Made by a program: the position numbers and the translations under genes
Shown here: positions 12,003 through 21,239 of the stretch, piece after piece
Numbering within the stretch: position 1 is the stretch's first letter
How the letters are laid out: the number at the start of each line of letters is the position of its first letter
DNA from: Vulcanimicrobiota bacterium
GTDB lineage: Bacteria; Vulcanimicrobiota; Xenobia; Xenobiales; JADMJV01
Direction of reading: 5' to 3'
DNA length: 64,000 nucleotides
Assembly (NCBI GenBank): GCA_050250895.1
Contig: JBFWNU010000007.1
Coordinates: 96,001-160,000, forward strand
The notes under the pieces: generated by a model
The model's database searches: none
Seen by the model: the letters and a program-made list of their open reading frames with translations, nothing else
Told to the model about the DNA's origin: nothing

Positions 12003-13787
12003 AGCGTCGGCCGTCAAAGCCGCCGAGAAGAAATGACCCTGCGCGTATTCACAGCCCATCCCGGCCAGGGTGCGCGACTGCTGCAGGGTTTCGATTCCCT
12101 CGGCCAGGCAGGCGGTGCCCATGCTGGCGGCCAGCGCCATGACGGCCTGGGTGATGCCCAGAGCCTTGGACTCGTCGGGCACCCGTTCCACCACCGAACG
12201 GTCGATCTTTAGAAACTTGAGCGGCATCTCGGCTAACTGCTTGAGGGACGAGGCGCCTCGTCCGAAATCATCGAGAGCCAACAGCACCCCTCTGCCGTTG
12301 AGCCGATGCAGCGTCTCGAGCAGAGGGCCATCCTGAGCTGTTCCGAGGCCTTCGGGCACTTCCACCACCATCTGGCGAGGGGGAATGCCGGCTCGCTCGA
12401 TTTCGGCCATAAAGTGATCGACAAAACCGGAATGAAGCAGTTGTCTGGGGGACAGGTTAACCGACACGAATCCGCTCTGGAGCTGGGCTGCCATCTTGCA
12501 GGCCTGGCTGATGATCCAGTGGCCCAGGGGCACGATGAGGTTGGTCTCTTCGGCCAGCTCAAGAAAGCTCGCCGGTGAGAGCAGACCTCGCATGGGGTGG
12601 TTCCAGCGTAGCAGGGCTTCGGCCCCGGCCAGCCGGCCGTTGCGAAGCTGGATGATCGGCTGATAGTGCAGTTCGAACTCTGCGTCTTCGACGGCGTGTC
12701 GCAATTGCGCCGTCAGCGCCCGTCGATTTTCGAGCTGGTCGCGCAGGTCATGGGTGAAGAACCGGAAGGTGCCACCCCCCTCGCGCTTGGCTTCGAAGAG
12801 CGCGGCCGAAGCCTGGTGCAGCATGTCGTCGACATCGGTGGTGCCAGGAAAGAGGCTGATGCCGATGCTGGCGCTGATGTGTAGCGGTTGGCCATAGACC
12901 GGCAGCGAGGCGTTGAGGGCGTTGAGCGCCCGGCGGCAGAAGTCCTCGGCTCGTTCGCGCACCATGTCCAGGCTGGGTCGGGCTCCCAGGGCCGAAGCGC
13001 TCAACACCACCAGGAAGGAATCGCCAGTCTGGTGAGCCAGGGTGTCCTGGTCGCCGATCTCGTTCTTGAGGCGTTGGGCCACCTGACGGATCAACTCGTC
13101 GCCCGAGTCTTTGCCCAGCACATCGTTGATCACGCGGAAGCGATCGATGTCCAGCAATATTAAGGCTACCGAGCCTTTGGTATCACAGGCCTGTTTGAGC
13201 GAAACTCCTAGATAGTGGCGCAAGATGACCAGGTTGGGCAGCCCGGTCAGGGCATCCTCATAGGCGAGCTGACGGGTCTGCTCGTCAATGGTGTGATGGA
13301 CCGTCTCTTGATAGAGCTGCTCGAAGTGGCGGGCCCGAGCTTCATACTCGGCCAGGCGCTCGTAAGCTTGTCGATTCTTCTCGGCCAGACGCAGTTCGCG
13401 TTGGCGCAGTCTCTCGACTTCGCCCTCGGCAATGCGAGTGCGCACTTCAGCCTCTTGCAGCCGCCGCTCGAGCAGATCGGGATCGCGCTCGAACCAGAAG
13501 ATTCGTGCCGGTTGGTCGTTCCAGCTGCCTTCGTGAGTGTGGACCATCAGGCTGCGGCGGCGACCGTTGTTGGCGTCGAGCACCAGTTCACGCTGGTCGG
13601 GGTCCAGTTTGATCGGGCGCCCGATCATCTCGGCGAGCGGTCGCCCGAAGAGTTCGCTAGCGGCTGAGTTTGCGCTTAGGACGGTGTTGTGGAGGTCGAC
13701 CACCAATCCCGCGCATGGTGAACTCTCGAGCATCTCATCGAACACGGGATCTCTTTCGGCGCGTGCCGTCGTCTTCCCCCGATGCAT
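11967..13787 (-). CDS. PAS + coiled coil + degenerate GGDEF + EAL protein (probable c-di-GMP phosphodiesterase)
   Basis: DALTGLPN, LDIDRFRVIND, TGDSF in place of GGDEF, AEALLRW, DDFGRG, LKIDRS, AEGIET; start moved to ATG 13787. Confidence 0.88.
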   Translation of the reverse strand: MHRGKTTARAERDPVFDEMLESSPCAGLVVDLHNTVLSANSAASELFGRPLAEMIGRPIKLDPDQRELVLDANNGRRRSLMVHTHEGSWNDQPARIFWFERDPDLLERRLQEAEVRTRIAEGEVERLRQRELRLAEKNRQAYERLAEYEARARHFEQLYQETVHHTIDEQTRQLAYEDALTGLPNLVILRHYLGVSLKQACDTKGSVALILLDIDRFRVINDVLGKDSGDELIRQVAQRLKNEIGDQDTLAHQTGDSFLVVLSASALGARPSLDMVRERAEDFCRRALNALNASLPVYGQPLHISASIGISLFPGTTDVDDMLHQASAALFEAKREGGGTFRFFTHDLRDQLENRRALTAQLRHAVEDAEFELHYQPIIQLRNGRLAGAEALLRWNHPMRGLLSPASFLELAEETNLIVPLGHWIISQACKMAAQLQSGFVSVNLSPRQLLHSGFVDHFMAEIERAGIPPRQMVVEVPEGLGTAQDGPLLETLHRLNGRGVLLALDDFGRGASSLKQLAEMPLKFLKIDRSVVERVPDESKALGITQAVMALAASMGTACLAEGIETLQQSRTLAGMGCEYAQGHFFSAALTADALSDCLTRRWPV

Positions 13788-13789
13788 CC

Positions 13790-15052
13790 TCAGCCGAAAA
13801 GGCTCAACTGGTGGGATCTGAATTCGCGACCGACCAGCAGCCGAACCTCCGGCCCGTCGACCCGCACAAATCCCAGCGTTTTTTCCAACCAGCCAAACCA
13901 GCGAAGGAGGGTCTGACAGCGTCGCCTGGCGGTGGACAAAGACAGCTGGGCAACCCGCTGAACCAGGCTCACCATCTCGTCGCGATGCAGGCTTTTGCTG
14001 GGCGAGAGCAGCATCTCGACCACCAGTTGGCGCATGATGTCGAGCTCGAGCAGGCTGCGACAGAGCAGTTCGTGGCGAGCCTCCACCGGCAGGGTGACGA
14101 ACAGCCGGCCCCGGTCGCTGAGCTCGAAGGCCCGCTCGAATAGACCCAGCATCTCGGCCGCGTCGCGATAGTAGGCGCTCTGGCGCGGTGAAAAGTCGAG
14201 GGCCGCCGCCAGCGCCTCGTGACAGGCGTGGCCTTGCGCCACCAGAAAGGGCAGCACGGCCACTTTCTCGAGATCGTCGGCTTGAGGAATGCGGCCGGGT
14301 GTGGTGGTCGGCAGGTCCATCAGGCGACCGGGCCGGGCCACCAACCGATAGGCGGCGGCCCGCACCAGTATCGGACTTCGGTAGACCTCGGGGGGCTCGA
14401 AGCGATACTCGCGCAGTCGATAGACGGCCTGCTCGGGGCAATAGGTGAAGAAAACGCATCGCACCGGCTTGTCGGTCAGCTGGCTCCAGAATCGAAAGGG
14501 ATAGTAGAGCTGGCGGATGTGGAAGTCGTCAGGCTCGCCCAGTTTGGCTTCGAACACAGCCACCATCTGAGGGCCTTCATAGCCGGCATCGACTTCGACC
14601 TGGACGCCCTCGACCGTGAGTTGCACCCCCGTCACCGTCACCTCGAAACGCGGTGACCGCTTGCGCCCTCGGATGGTGGGATAGAGGGTGGGCTGGTCGA
14701 GAAAATGCGAGAGGATACCTGAGTTGTAGGCAAGATCCAGATACTGCATCTCGGATTGGCCTCGCTCGCTGGTCTTCAAAGCGAACTCGGCACGCGAGGC
14801 AAAGTCGATGGGTGGCGGGCACGGCTCGAGGCGATGATAGCCCTGGCCCGACAGCACGACATAGTGCCCGTTTCGGACCGGTAACAGAAATAGGCCCTGG
14901 CGGGCCAACGCTTCGGGAAGCTGGCTGGAGTGGTCGAACTTGGCCATGAGTCGCGGCTCGAGACCTGTGCGAGTTTTGATTTCGGCCGCACTTAGGAAGA
15001 GCGGTGGCGGACCGGCCAGCAATTCTTGCCAGGCCTCGGCAATGGCGCTCAC
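13790..15052 (-). CDS. Putative restriction endonuclease, PD-(D/E)XK-like, with C-terminal winged-helix region
   Basis: VEVDAGYEG...VFEAK, RQLYYPFRFW, IPQADD; overlaps the methyltransferase stop (ATGA). Confidence 0.6.
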   Translation of the reverse strand: MSAIAEAWQELLAGPPPLFLSAAEIKTRTGLEPRLMAKFDHSSQLPEALARQGLFLLPVRNGHYVVLSGQGYHRLEPCPPPIDFASRAEFALKTSERGQSEMQYLDLAYNSGILSHFLDQPTLYPTIRGRKRSPRFEVTVTGVQLTVEGVQVEVDAGYEGPQMVAVFEAKLGEPDDFHIRQLYYPFRFWSQLTDKPVRCVFFTYCPEQAVYRLREYRFEPPEVYRSPILVRAAAYRLVARPGRLMDLPTTTPGRIPQADDLEKVAVLPFLVAQGHACHEALAAALDFSPRQSAYYRDAAEMLGLFERAFELSDRGRLFVTLPVEARHELLCRSLLELDIMRQLVVEMLLSPSKSLHRDEMVSLVQRVAQLSLSTARRRCQTLLRWFGWLEKTLGFVRVDGPEVRLLVGREFRSHQLSLFG

Positions 15053-15891
15053 GGCGCCACGATGAGCAACTCTTTGATCTTGTTGCGGCGACTGGCCTTG
15101 CTGTTGATGAAGCGGTGGGCCTGCACCTCGATCTGGCGAAAGTCGCGATACAGTTCGCGAATCAGCGGAGCGCTCGAGTTGGACAGCATCACCGACACGC
15201 CCCGCTGGGCAAGTTTGGCGAAGACCTCAGCCAGGCGTCGCTGCTCGGCCTCGCCGAAATTGTCTTTGGTGTAACTGGTGAAGTTGGAGGTGGCCGAGAG
15301 GGGCTGGTAGGGCGGGTCGAAATAGACGAGATCCCCCGGGCGAGCCCGTCGCATGACTCGGTCGAACGGTTCAACCTCGAGTTTGACCCCCTGCAGGGCA
15401 AGACTGGCCGCCTCGAGGCGGCCGGGATCGAAAATGGCCGGCTTTTTGTAGCGGCCCATCGGCACATTGAAAAGACCTCGGGAGTTGACCCGGTACAGCC
15501 CGTTGTAACATGTCTTGTTGAGATAGAACAACCGGGCCGCTCGCGCGGTCGGGGTGAGGCTTTCGGGATCGAGGGCGCGGGTGGCGTAGTAATAGTCGTG
15601 GCCGTGCCGGGCGCGATGCTCGGCCAGATGCTCGAGCAACCCCTCGAGATCGGACTGCAGGGCTCGATAGAAGTTGATCAGCTCGAAGTTGACATCGCTG
15701 AGAACCGCTCGGCCTGTGGCCTGCCGTCGCAGATGGAAAAAGACGGCCGCACTGCCCACGAAGGGCTCGTAGTAGTGCTTGAATTCGGCGGGAAAATACG
15801 GCTCGTACTGAGCCAGGAGACGGCCTTTGCCGCCGGCCCACTTGAGCACCGGTCCGTATACTTGATGATCTTGAATCGTGGAAGCGCCCAT
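15049..15891 (-). CDS. dam: DNA adenine methyltransferase, Dam/D12 class
   Basis: LKWAGGK, EPFVGSAAVF, YNGLYRVN, FNVPMG, YFDPPY, MLSNS. Confidence 0.92.
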   Translation of the reverse strand: MGASTIQDHQVYGPVLKWAGGKGRLLAQYEPYFPAEFKHYYEPFVGSAAVFFHLRRQATGRAVLSDVNFELINFYRALQSDLEGLLEHLAEHRARHGHDYYYATRALDPESLTPTARAARLFYLNKTCYNGLYRVNSRGLFNVPMGRYKKPAIFDPGRLEAASLALQGVKLEVEPFDRVMRRARPGDLVYFDPPYQPLSATSNFTSYTKDNFGEAEQRRLAEVFAKLAQRGVSVMLSNSSAPLIRELYRDFRQIEVQAHRFINSKASRRNKIKELLIVAP

Positions 15892-15950
15892 GGTGAAGAT
15901 TTTTCATTATTCCGAACCGGCGGGCGCGGTTCCTTTCGATAGTATGTTCG

Positions 15951-17015
15951 CTATTCCAATCTTACCTTCACCGACGCCCTGGCTCCTTTGCGAAGATATT
16001 CGACCGTGACCACCTCGCCCACTTTTGAAGCGTCGAGCGCCCGAAAAAGATCGTTGCTGGTCTGGATACGCTGGCCGTTGAGACCGACGATGATGTCTCC
16101 GAGATAGAGGCGGCCCAACTGGTCGCGGGCGCTGCCGCGCAGGCCGGCTTGAGCCGCCGGTCCGCCCTTTTTGACCTGGAGGATCAACACGCCGGGAAGG
16201 CGCAGGCGACGGGCCATCCCATCCGCGGCCGTCTCGATTCCGAGACCGGCCTTTTGCACCTTGCCATTGACCAGGATTTCGGGAACCAGCCGCTTGACGG
16301 TGTCCACGGGGACGGCAAACCCGATACCGGCATAGGCTCCTGAAGGCGAATAGATCGAGGTGTTGATGCCGATCAGCCGGCCCCGAGAGTCGAGCAGGGG
16401 CCCCCCCGAGTTGCCGGGATTGATCGCGGCGTCAGTTTGAATCACGCCGGTAATGGGGCGGCGTGTCACCGACTCGATCTCGCGGTCGACGCCGCTGATA
16501 ATGCCGGTGGTCAGGGTATGGTCGAAGCCGAACGGATTACCGATGGCCAGCACCTTCTGGCCCACCCGCAGGTTGTCCGAGACGCCCACCTGGATGGGAC
16601 TGAGTTTGTCGGGCGGGGCATCGATGTGCAGCACGGCCAGGTCTTTATCCGGCTCGAATCCGATCGGTCGGGCCTTCCACACCGACCGGTCGGCCAGCGT
16701 CACCTCGACGGCTTGAGCCCCGCGCACCACGTGGAAGTTGGTCACGATCGTGCCTTTGTTGTCCCACACAAACCCAGAACCCGTCCCCTGGGGAATCTTG
16801 GTGACATCCAGGCTAAACGGAGTGCGGCCGACGGCGAGGTTGGTCACGTAGACGACGGACGAAGAGCATCGTTCGAACACCTCGATCGAGTTGTTTTCGT
16901 CACTGGTGAAACTGGGGCTGTTGGCATCGGCTCGGGCTGGCTGGGGCGGAGTTGGCTGGGAGCAACCCATCAGCCAGATCAGGCTCAGAGCCAGAACGGT
17001 GTGCAAGGCTTTCAT
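15951..17015 (-). CDS. HtrA/Deg-family serine protease with one PDZ domain, lipoprotein
   Basis: Lipobox LMGC; GTGSGF, VTNFHVV, DLAVL, QTDAAINPGNSGGPL. Confidence 0.93.
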   Translation of the reverse strand: MKALHTVLALSLIWLMGCSQPTPPQPARADANSPSFTSDENNSIEVFERCSSSVVYVTNLAVGRTPFSLDVTKIPQGTGSGFVWDNKGTIVTNFHVVRGAQAVEVTLADRSVWKARPIGFEPDKDLAVLHIDAPPDKLSPIQVGVSDNLRVGQKVLAIGNPFGFDHTLTTGIISGVDREIESVTRRPITGVIQTDAAINPGNSGGPLLDSRGRLIGINTSIYSPSGAYAGIGFAVPVDTVKRLVPEILVNGKVQKAGLGIETAADGMARRLRLPGVLILQVKKGGPAAQAGLRGSARDQLGRLYLGDIIVGLNGQRIQTSNDLFRALDASKVGEVVTVEYLRKGARASVKVRLE

Positions 17016-17095
17016 AGCGCCCTCCCTTTTACCCGGGCCGGCTCTTACCCTGGCCCGGGGAGGAGTTTTGCAGTTGGCTTACAGAATCAGGCGCG

Positions 17096-17656
17096 ATGCC
17101 ACTTCTGCTGCTGTTGCTGCTGCTGGCCGGACCGGCTCTGGGCGCCCCGGTGGTCAACCCCCAGGATCTGGTCCAGGGTGGCTATGTGCTCTATTTCCGC
17201 CATGGCCACGCCGAGCGCGGCCAGGATTGCAAGGATCCCAATCAATCCTATTGGTGGCGCAGTCACGACCCCAGCCTGACCCGACAGCTCGACGACCAGG
17301 GCCGAAACCAGGCCGCCGTGATCGGCACCGGCCTGAGGGCAGCTGGCATCCAGGTCGACCAGGTGAGGGCCAGCGAGTTTCGTCGGGCGGTGGAAACGGC
17401 CGAAAGCATGAGTCTCGGACCCGTAATCGTTGAACGCGACCTGACGCCGCTGTCTAGTTATGGGGCGCTCGAGCCCCGTCTCAACGAGTGTCTCAACCGC
17501 CGGCCCGCCCCCGGCACCGTCAACGTGCTGGTGGCCCACGGCCACGTCACCGAGTTATTCTCTCACCTCAACGAAGGCGACGCCGCCGTCTTTCGGCCGG
17601 GCCCCAACGGCCCGACCTTCGTCGGCTTTCTCCGCTACCAGGCCTGGCAGCACTAG
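17096..17656 (+). CDS. Exported histidine phosphatase family protein
   Basis: Signal peptide; YFRHG, RASEFRRAVETA, LVAHG. Confidence 0.8.
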   Translation: MPLLLLLLLLAGPALGAPVVNPQDLVQGGYVLYFRHGHAERGQDCKDPNQSYWWRSHDPSLTRQLDDQGRNQAAVIGTGLRAAGIQVDQVRASEFRRAVETAESMSLGPVIVERDLTPLSSYGALEPRLNECLNRRPAPGTVNVLVAHGHVTELFSHLNEGDAAVFRPGPNGPTFVGFLRYQAWQH

Positions 17657-18744
17657 CTGGCGTGATGGACTTCGAAAGAAGCGTCGGGGGCGATGCTCTC
17701 GAGCACCAGACGCGAGATACCTTCCTGACTGGCCTGGTTGCGCTCGAGTTGCTCGCGCTCGACCAGGACCACGCGCTGGATGTCGGAGTATTGGACGCCG
17801 TCAGCCACCAACTCTACCAGGGTGCTCTGGAGCGGTGACAGACTGGGGTTGAAAGCCGCGTTCTCGGCATAACCGTTGGCATAGACTTTGCCGTTGGCCT
17901 CGATGGCGATACCCGACGGGCACTTCGAATAGGGGGCGTAGGACTTCTTGGCGGCATCCAGGGCGGCCAGCACGGTCGGGTCCTGGGTGTCGTTGGCCAA
18001 CTTGAGGTCGAAGTCGGGCGAGGCCAACAGGGCTCCCTCGATACCGAGGTCTTTGGGTCCGAAATTGCGCGGCAAGAGGGTCTTGAGTTCGACCGGTTCT
18101 TGACCGGGGATGAGGATGCCCAGGTCACCACCGTCTTGCAACTCGTTGAGGAACTGGCGGCAGTGGCCGCAGGGTTCGGCCGATACGGCCAGCCGGGACA
18201 AGCCTTTCTCACCGTGGGCCAGGGCGTTGGCAGTCACGAACTGTTCGCCGTGGACGCTCTGGTTGAGGGCCTGGTTGGGCATCTCCAGATTGACGCCCAG
18301 ATAAAGGTCGCCACTGGCTCCACGCCCGACCGCGCCCACCAGGTAGTTGGAGATGGGCGGGCGCGCGTTGGCTTTGGCCACCGGGATCAGTTCGACCATC
18401 AACTGGTCGGACGACAGGTTCAGGTCTTTGCTCAGTTCGGCGGCCTGCTCTTTGCTGATGTGGAAGGGCCGAGGGCCGAGTTTCTCTTGAAGCTTGGCAG
18501 TGATCTCCGGTCGGGGAGCCTGAATGACCGCGGCGCCGGGCAGGTTGCTGGCTGCCAGGGCGGCCGCCTGGGCGGTCTGGTGACCGTGGTCGCAAAGGCC
18601 GGTAGGGCACGATTCGGCCGAGGGGCCGCCGGCCAGGTGGACATGATCGGCGGGGGCCGCCTCGGCGGTGTGGTCGCAGTGGCTACAGGCCGCTTGCGGG
18701 CGGGCGATGGTGACGCGGTTGGCTAGATTGGCGGAAATCATCAT
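17653..18744 (-). CDS. cdd: Cytidine deaminase, two-domain type, with N-terminal extension
   Basis: PISNYLVGA, YLGVNLE, HGEQ, PCGHCRQFLNEL, SYAPYS, ENAAFNPSLSPLQ; start moved to ATG 18744. Confidence 0.9.
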   Translation of the reverse strand: MMISANLANRVTIARPQAACSHCDHTAEAAPADHVHLAGGPSAESCPTGLCDHGHQTAQAAALAASNLPGAAVIQAPRPEITAKLQEKLGPRPFHISKEQAAELSKDLNLSSDQLMVELIPVAKANARPPISNYLVGAVGRGASGDLYLGVNLEMPNQALNQSVHGEQFVTANALAHGEKGLSRLAVSAEPCGHCRQFLNELQDGGDLGILIPGQEPVELKTLLPRNFGPKDLGIEGALLASPDFDLKLANDTQDPTVLAALDAAKKSYAPYSKCPSGIAIEANGKVYANGYAENAAFNPSLSPLQSTLVELVADGVQYSDIQRVVLVEREQLERNQASQEGISRLVLESIAPDASFEVHHAS

Positions 18745-18769
18745 GGCTTCAGGTCTCTTTTCGGCTGAT

Positions 18770-20287
18770 TTAGGCGGCGTTGCTGGCGTAGTTGGGGGCG
18801 GCCCGCAGGGTGTCGAGTTCACGCTGGGCGGTGGCCTTGGTCTTCTCGTCGGCGTCGGAAGAGAGAACCTCGCTCAGGCGAGCTTCTTCTTTGCGGGCGA
18901 AGGCAGCCAGTTCGTCGATGGGGGTCTTGAAGGCGTTGTAGCTGGGGCTGATGCCGAATTCTTTCATGGCGGCCCCGTGGGCCTCCATCTGCTCGCGGGT
19001 GAGGCCGATGTCGTTGGGGAACTCGAGCACCAGAGCCACATCGCGGGCCGGGTCGAGGCCCAGGATGCCGGGGCGGATGAACTCCTTCTCGCCACGCCAG
19101 GTGGTCAGGTCCCAGATGCCCATTGACTCCTCGACGCTGCGGCCGCCGCGCTTTTCATAGTCGCGAACGATGCGACGCAGCAGACGGTCCTCCGAGCTGG
19201 GGCTGTCGAGATAGACGTTGCGATAGGCCAGGCCCTTGTCTTCGAAGTATTTCACGATTTCAGGATGGGTGGCGTGAATCGAGTCGAGCACGATGATGCT
19301 GTCGTCGGCCACGGTGACATGGTGGGGAGTGTCTTCGCGGAAGCCGGTGACGGTAGTGGGAATGCGCCAATCGGGCGCCCATTTGCGCTTGTCCCCAGGG
19401 GGGGTGTCCATGAAGTTGTAGACGGGGATGTTGGATTCGCCGCTCTCGAGCAGTTTGGTCAAGTCTTTCTTGAGCTGGTCGATGTCCATGAAGTCAGGGT
19501 GATCCCAGTAGTGGGTGCCCTCGGTGGTGGTGGGGTAACCGGCTTGATCGACATCCTTGAAATACATGTCGCCTTCGATGACCGATAGGGGACGCTCGCC
19601 GGCGTATTCGGCCAACTTGGCGATGAGGGTCGATTTTCCGGCCGCCGAAGGGCCACCGACCAGCAACACTACCCGCTCTCCCTGGGGCAGGTTGGCCACC
19701 AGGTCTTGCAGATGCTCGTACTGATTGATCGTGCGGCCTTCGATGAGAGCCTTCTCGACCGCCTTGGTATCGAGGTCGCCGGGAAGGACCAGTTGCTTGG
19801 CTTTGCCGGCCTCGTCGAAGGGGGCGATGGCGTGATAGCTGCTGGGATACTGGTGGGCTTGAGCTTTGATGAAGTCGCTCGAGGCCAGGCGTTGGACCAC
19901 CTCGTAGGTGCCTTCGAGCACCGGCTGTTCGACCGCGTTGGGACGCTCCGAGACAATGATCGAGGTTTGACTGCCCTCGCCTTCGACCACGGTTACCACG
20001 GCTTTGGTGTTGGGCCAGGCCTGCATATAGCTGGCCATCTGATCGGCCAGGGCCTGACGCTCGCCAGCCGTGTCCACCTCGCTGGCCTTGACCGAGCCGG
20101 TCGAAATATGAGACAATCCGTCGACCTGGTGGAACTTTCCAGCTGCGGGCCGGAAGGGATAGCAGATCTGCGGTTCAGGCCTGCCGCCGAGGGCGACGCT
20201 GTCGGACTGTTCGCTCTTGCTGCTCGCGGTGCGCGGGCTAGCGATGGCTCGGGTGGCTACGTTGGTGACGGTTGGGGTAACGTTCAT
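18770..20287 (-). CDS. Uridine kinase family protein with long N-terminal extension
   Basis: GGPSAAGKST P-loop, GDMYFKD, WDHPDFMD, PVYNF, RLLRRIVRD; ATG 20287 preceded by AGGAG. Confidence 0.8.
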   Translation of the reverse strand: MNVTPTVTNVATRAIASPRTASSKSEQSDSVALGGRPEPQICYPFRPAAGKFHQVDGLSHISTGSVKASEVDTAGERQALADQMASYMQAWPNTKAVVTVVEGEGSQTSIIVSERPNAVEQPVLEGTYEVVQRLASSDFIKAQAHQYPSSYHAIAPFDEAGKAKQLVLPGDLDTKAVEKALIEGRTINQYEHLQDLVANLPQGERVVLLVGGPSAAGKSTLIAKLAEYAGERPLSVIEGDMYFKDVDQAGYPTTTEGTHYWDHPDFMDIDQLKKDLTKLLESGESNIPVYNFMDTPPGDKRKWAPDWRIPTTVTGFREDTPHHVTVADDSIIVLDSIHATHPEIVKYFEDKGLAYRNVYLDSPSSEDRLLRRIVRDYEKRGGRSVEESMGIWDLTTWRGEKEFIRPGILGLDPARDVALVLEFPNDIGLTREQMEAHGAAMKEFGISPSYNAFKTPIDELAAFARKEEARLSEVLSSDADEKTKATAQRELDTLRAAPNYASNAA

Positions 20288-20357
20288 CAGTGCTCCTGCG
20301 GATATAGAGTTCCTGCTTGTATAATGCCAGACCGGATCCGTCAATTGCTTGAATAGC

Positions 20358-21239
20358 ATGTTAACACCCGGCCAAGACCCCGAGACCCAACTCGAGGCCC
20401 TCGTGGGGGCCTTCGAGAAGTGCACTTTGCCGTATGCAGATTGGAACCACCGGGCTCATCTTTCGGTAGCCTTCCACTACCTCGCTCGCTTCTCTGAAGG
20501 TGAGGCCACCGCGCGGATTCGAAGTGGGATTCAGGCCTACAACGCTAGTCAGGGCATAGAGCAGACCGAGACCGGGGGGTATCACGACAGTCTGACGATC
20601 TTTTTCGCCCAGCTCATCCGTGAGTTTCTGGCCACCGCTCCACCCGTCGCGACTGTCGGCGACTTGCTCGAGGAGCTTTGCTCGAGCTGCAGCGACAGGG
20701 CTCTGCCGCTTCGCTTTTACAGCCGCCAGAGGTTGATGAGCCGCGAAGCCCGTTTCGGCTGGTTGGAGCCCGATCTGGCCCCCATCCGGGGCAGCTGGAA
20801 CGAACACGTCTTCATCGTGAGCGGTTGCGACCCCCAATTGCTGGCCCAGGCCGAAGCCCAGATGAAGTCGCTTTACACCACTGTCGAGCCGTTTGCGATG
20901 GAGCAGGCGGTAGTGGGTCTAACGGCCTGGTGGCACAACCAGCCCGTGGGTTGCGGCGCTCTTTGTGCTTTTGAGACCGACAGTCTGGAGTTGCGCCGGT
21001 TGTACGTGGCCAGACCGGCCCGGGGCAGGGGAGTAGCCCGCAAACTGCTGGGGTGCCTCGAGCAGCGGGCGGCCGAGGCCGGCTGCCAGAAATTGGTGCT
21101 CGAGACCGGGCCGGGCCAGCGCGAAGCGCTAGCCCTGTATTCTTCGGCCGGGTATCGGCCCCGGCCACCGTACGGACCTTATCTCTCCAACCCCGAAAGC
21201 CGTTGCTTCGAAAAGGCCCTCAAAGTTCGAGGCAGGTAA
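20358..21239 (+). CDS. Uncharacterised His-rich domain fused to GNAT acetyltransferase
   Basis: N-terminal WNHRAHL...YHDSLT...WLEPDL; C-terminal VGCGAL, ELRRLYV, RGRGVA, LETG...ALALYSSAGY. Confidence 0.75.
   Translation: MLTPGQDPETQLEALVGAFEKCTLPYADWNHRAHLSVAFHYLARFSEGEATARIRSGIQAYNASQGIEQTETGGYHDSLTIFFAQLIREFLATAPPVATVGDLLEELCSSCSDRALPLRFYSRQRLMSREARFGWLEPDLAPIRGSWNEHVFIVSGCDPQLLAQAEAQMKSLYTTVEPFAMEQAVVGLTAWWHNQPVGCGALCAFETDSLELRRLYVARPARGRGVARKLLGCLEQRAAEAGCQKLVLETGPGQREALALYSSAGYRPRPPYGPYLSNPESRCFEKALKVRGR

Noticed and set aside
13788-14459. Long N-terminal extension of the GGDEF-EAL ORF
   Set aside because: Alternative-frame shadow of the nuclease gene
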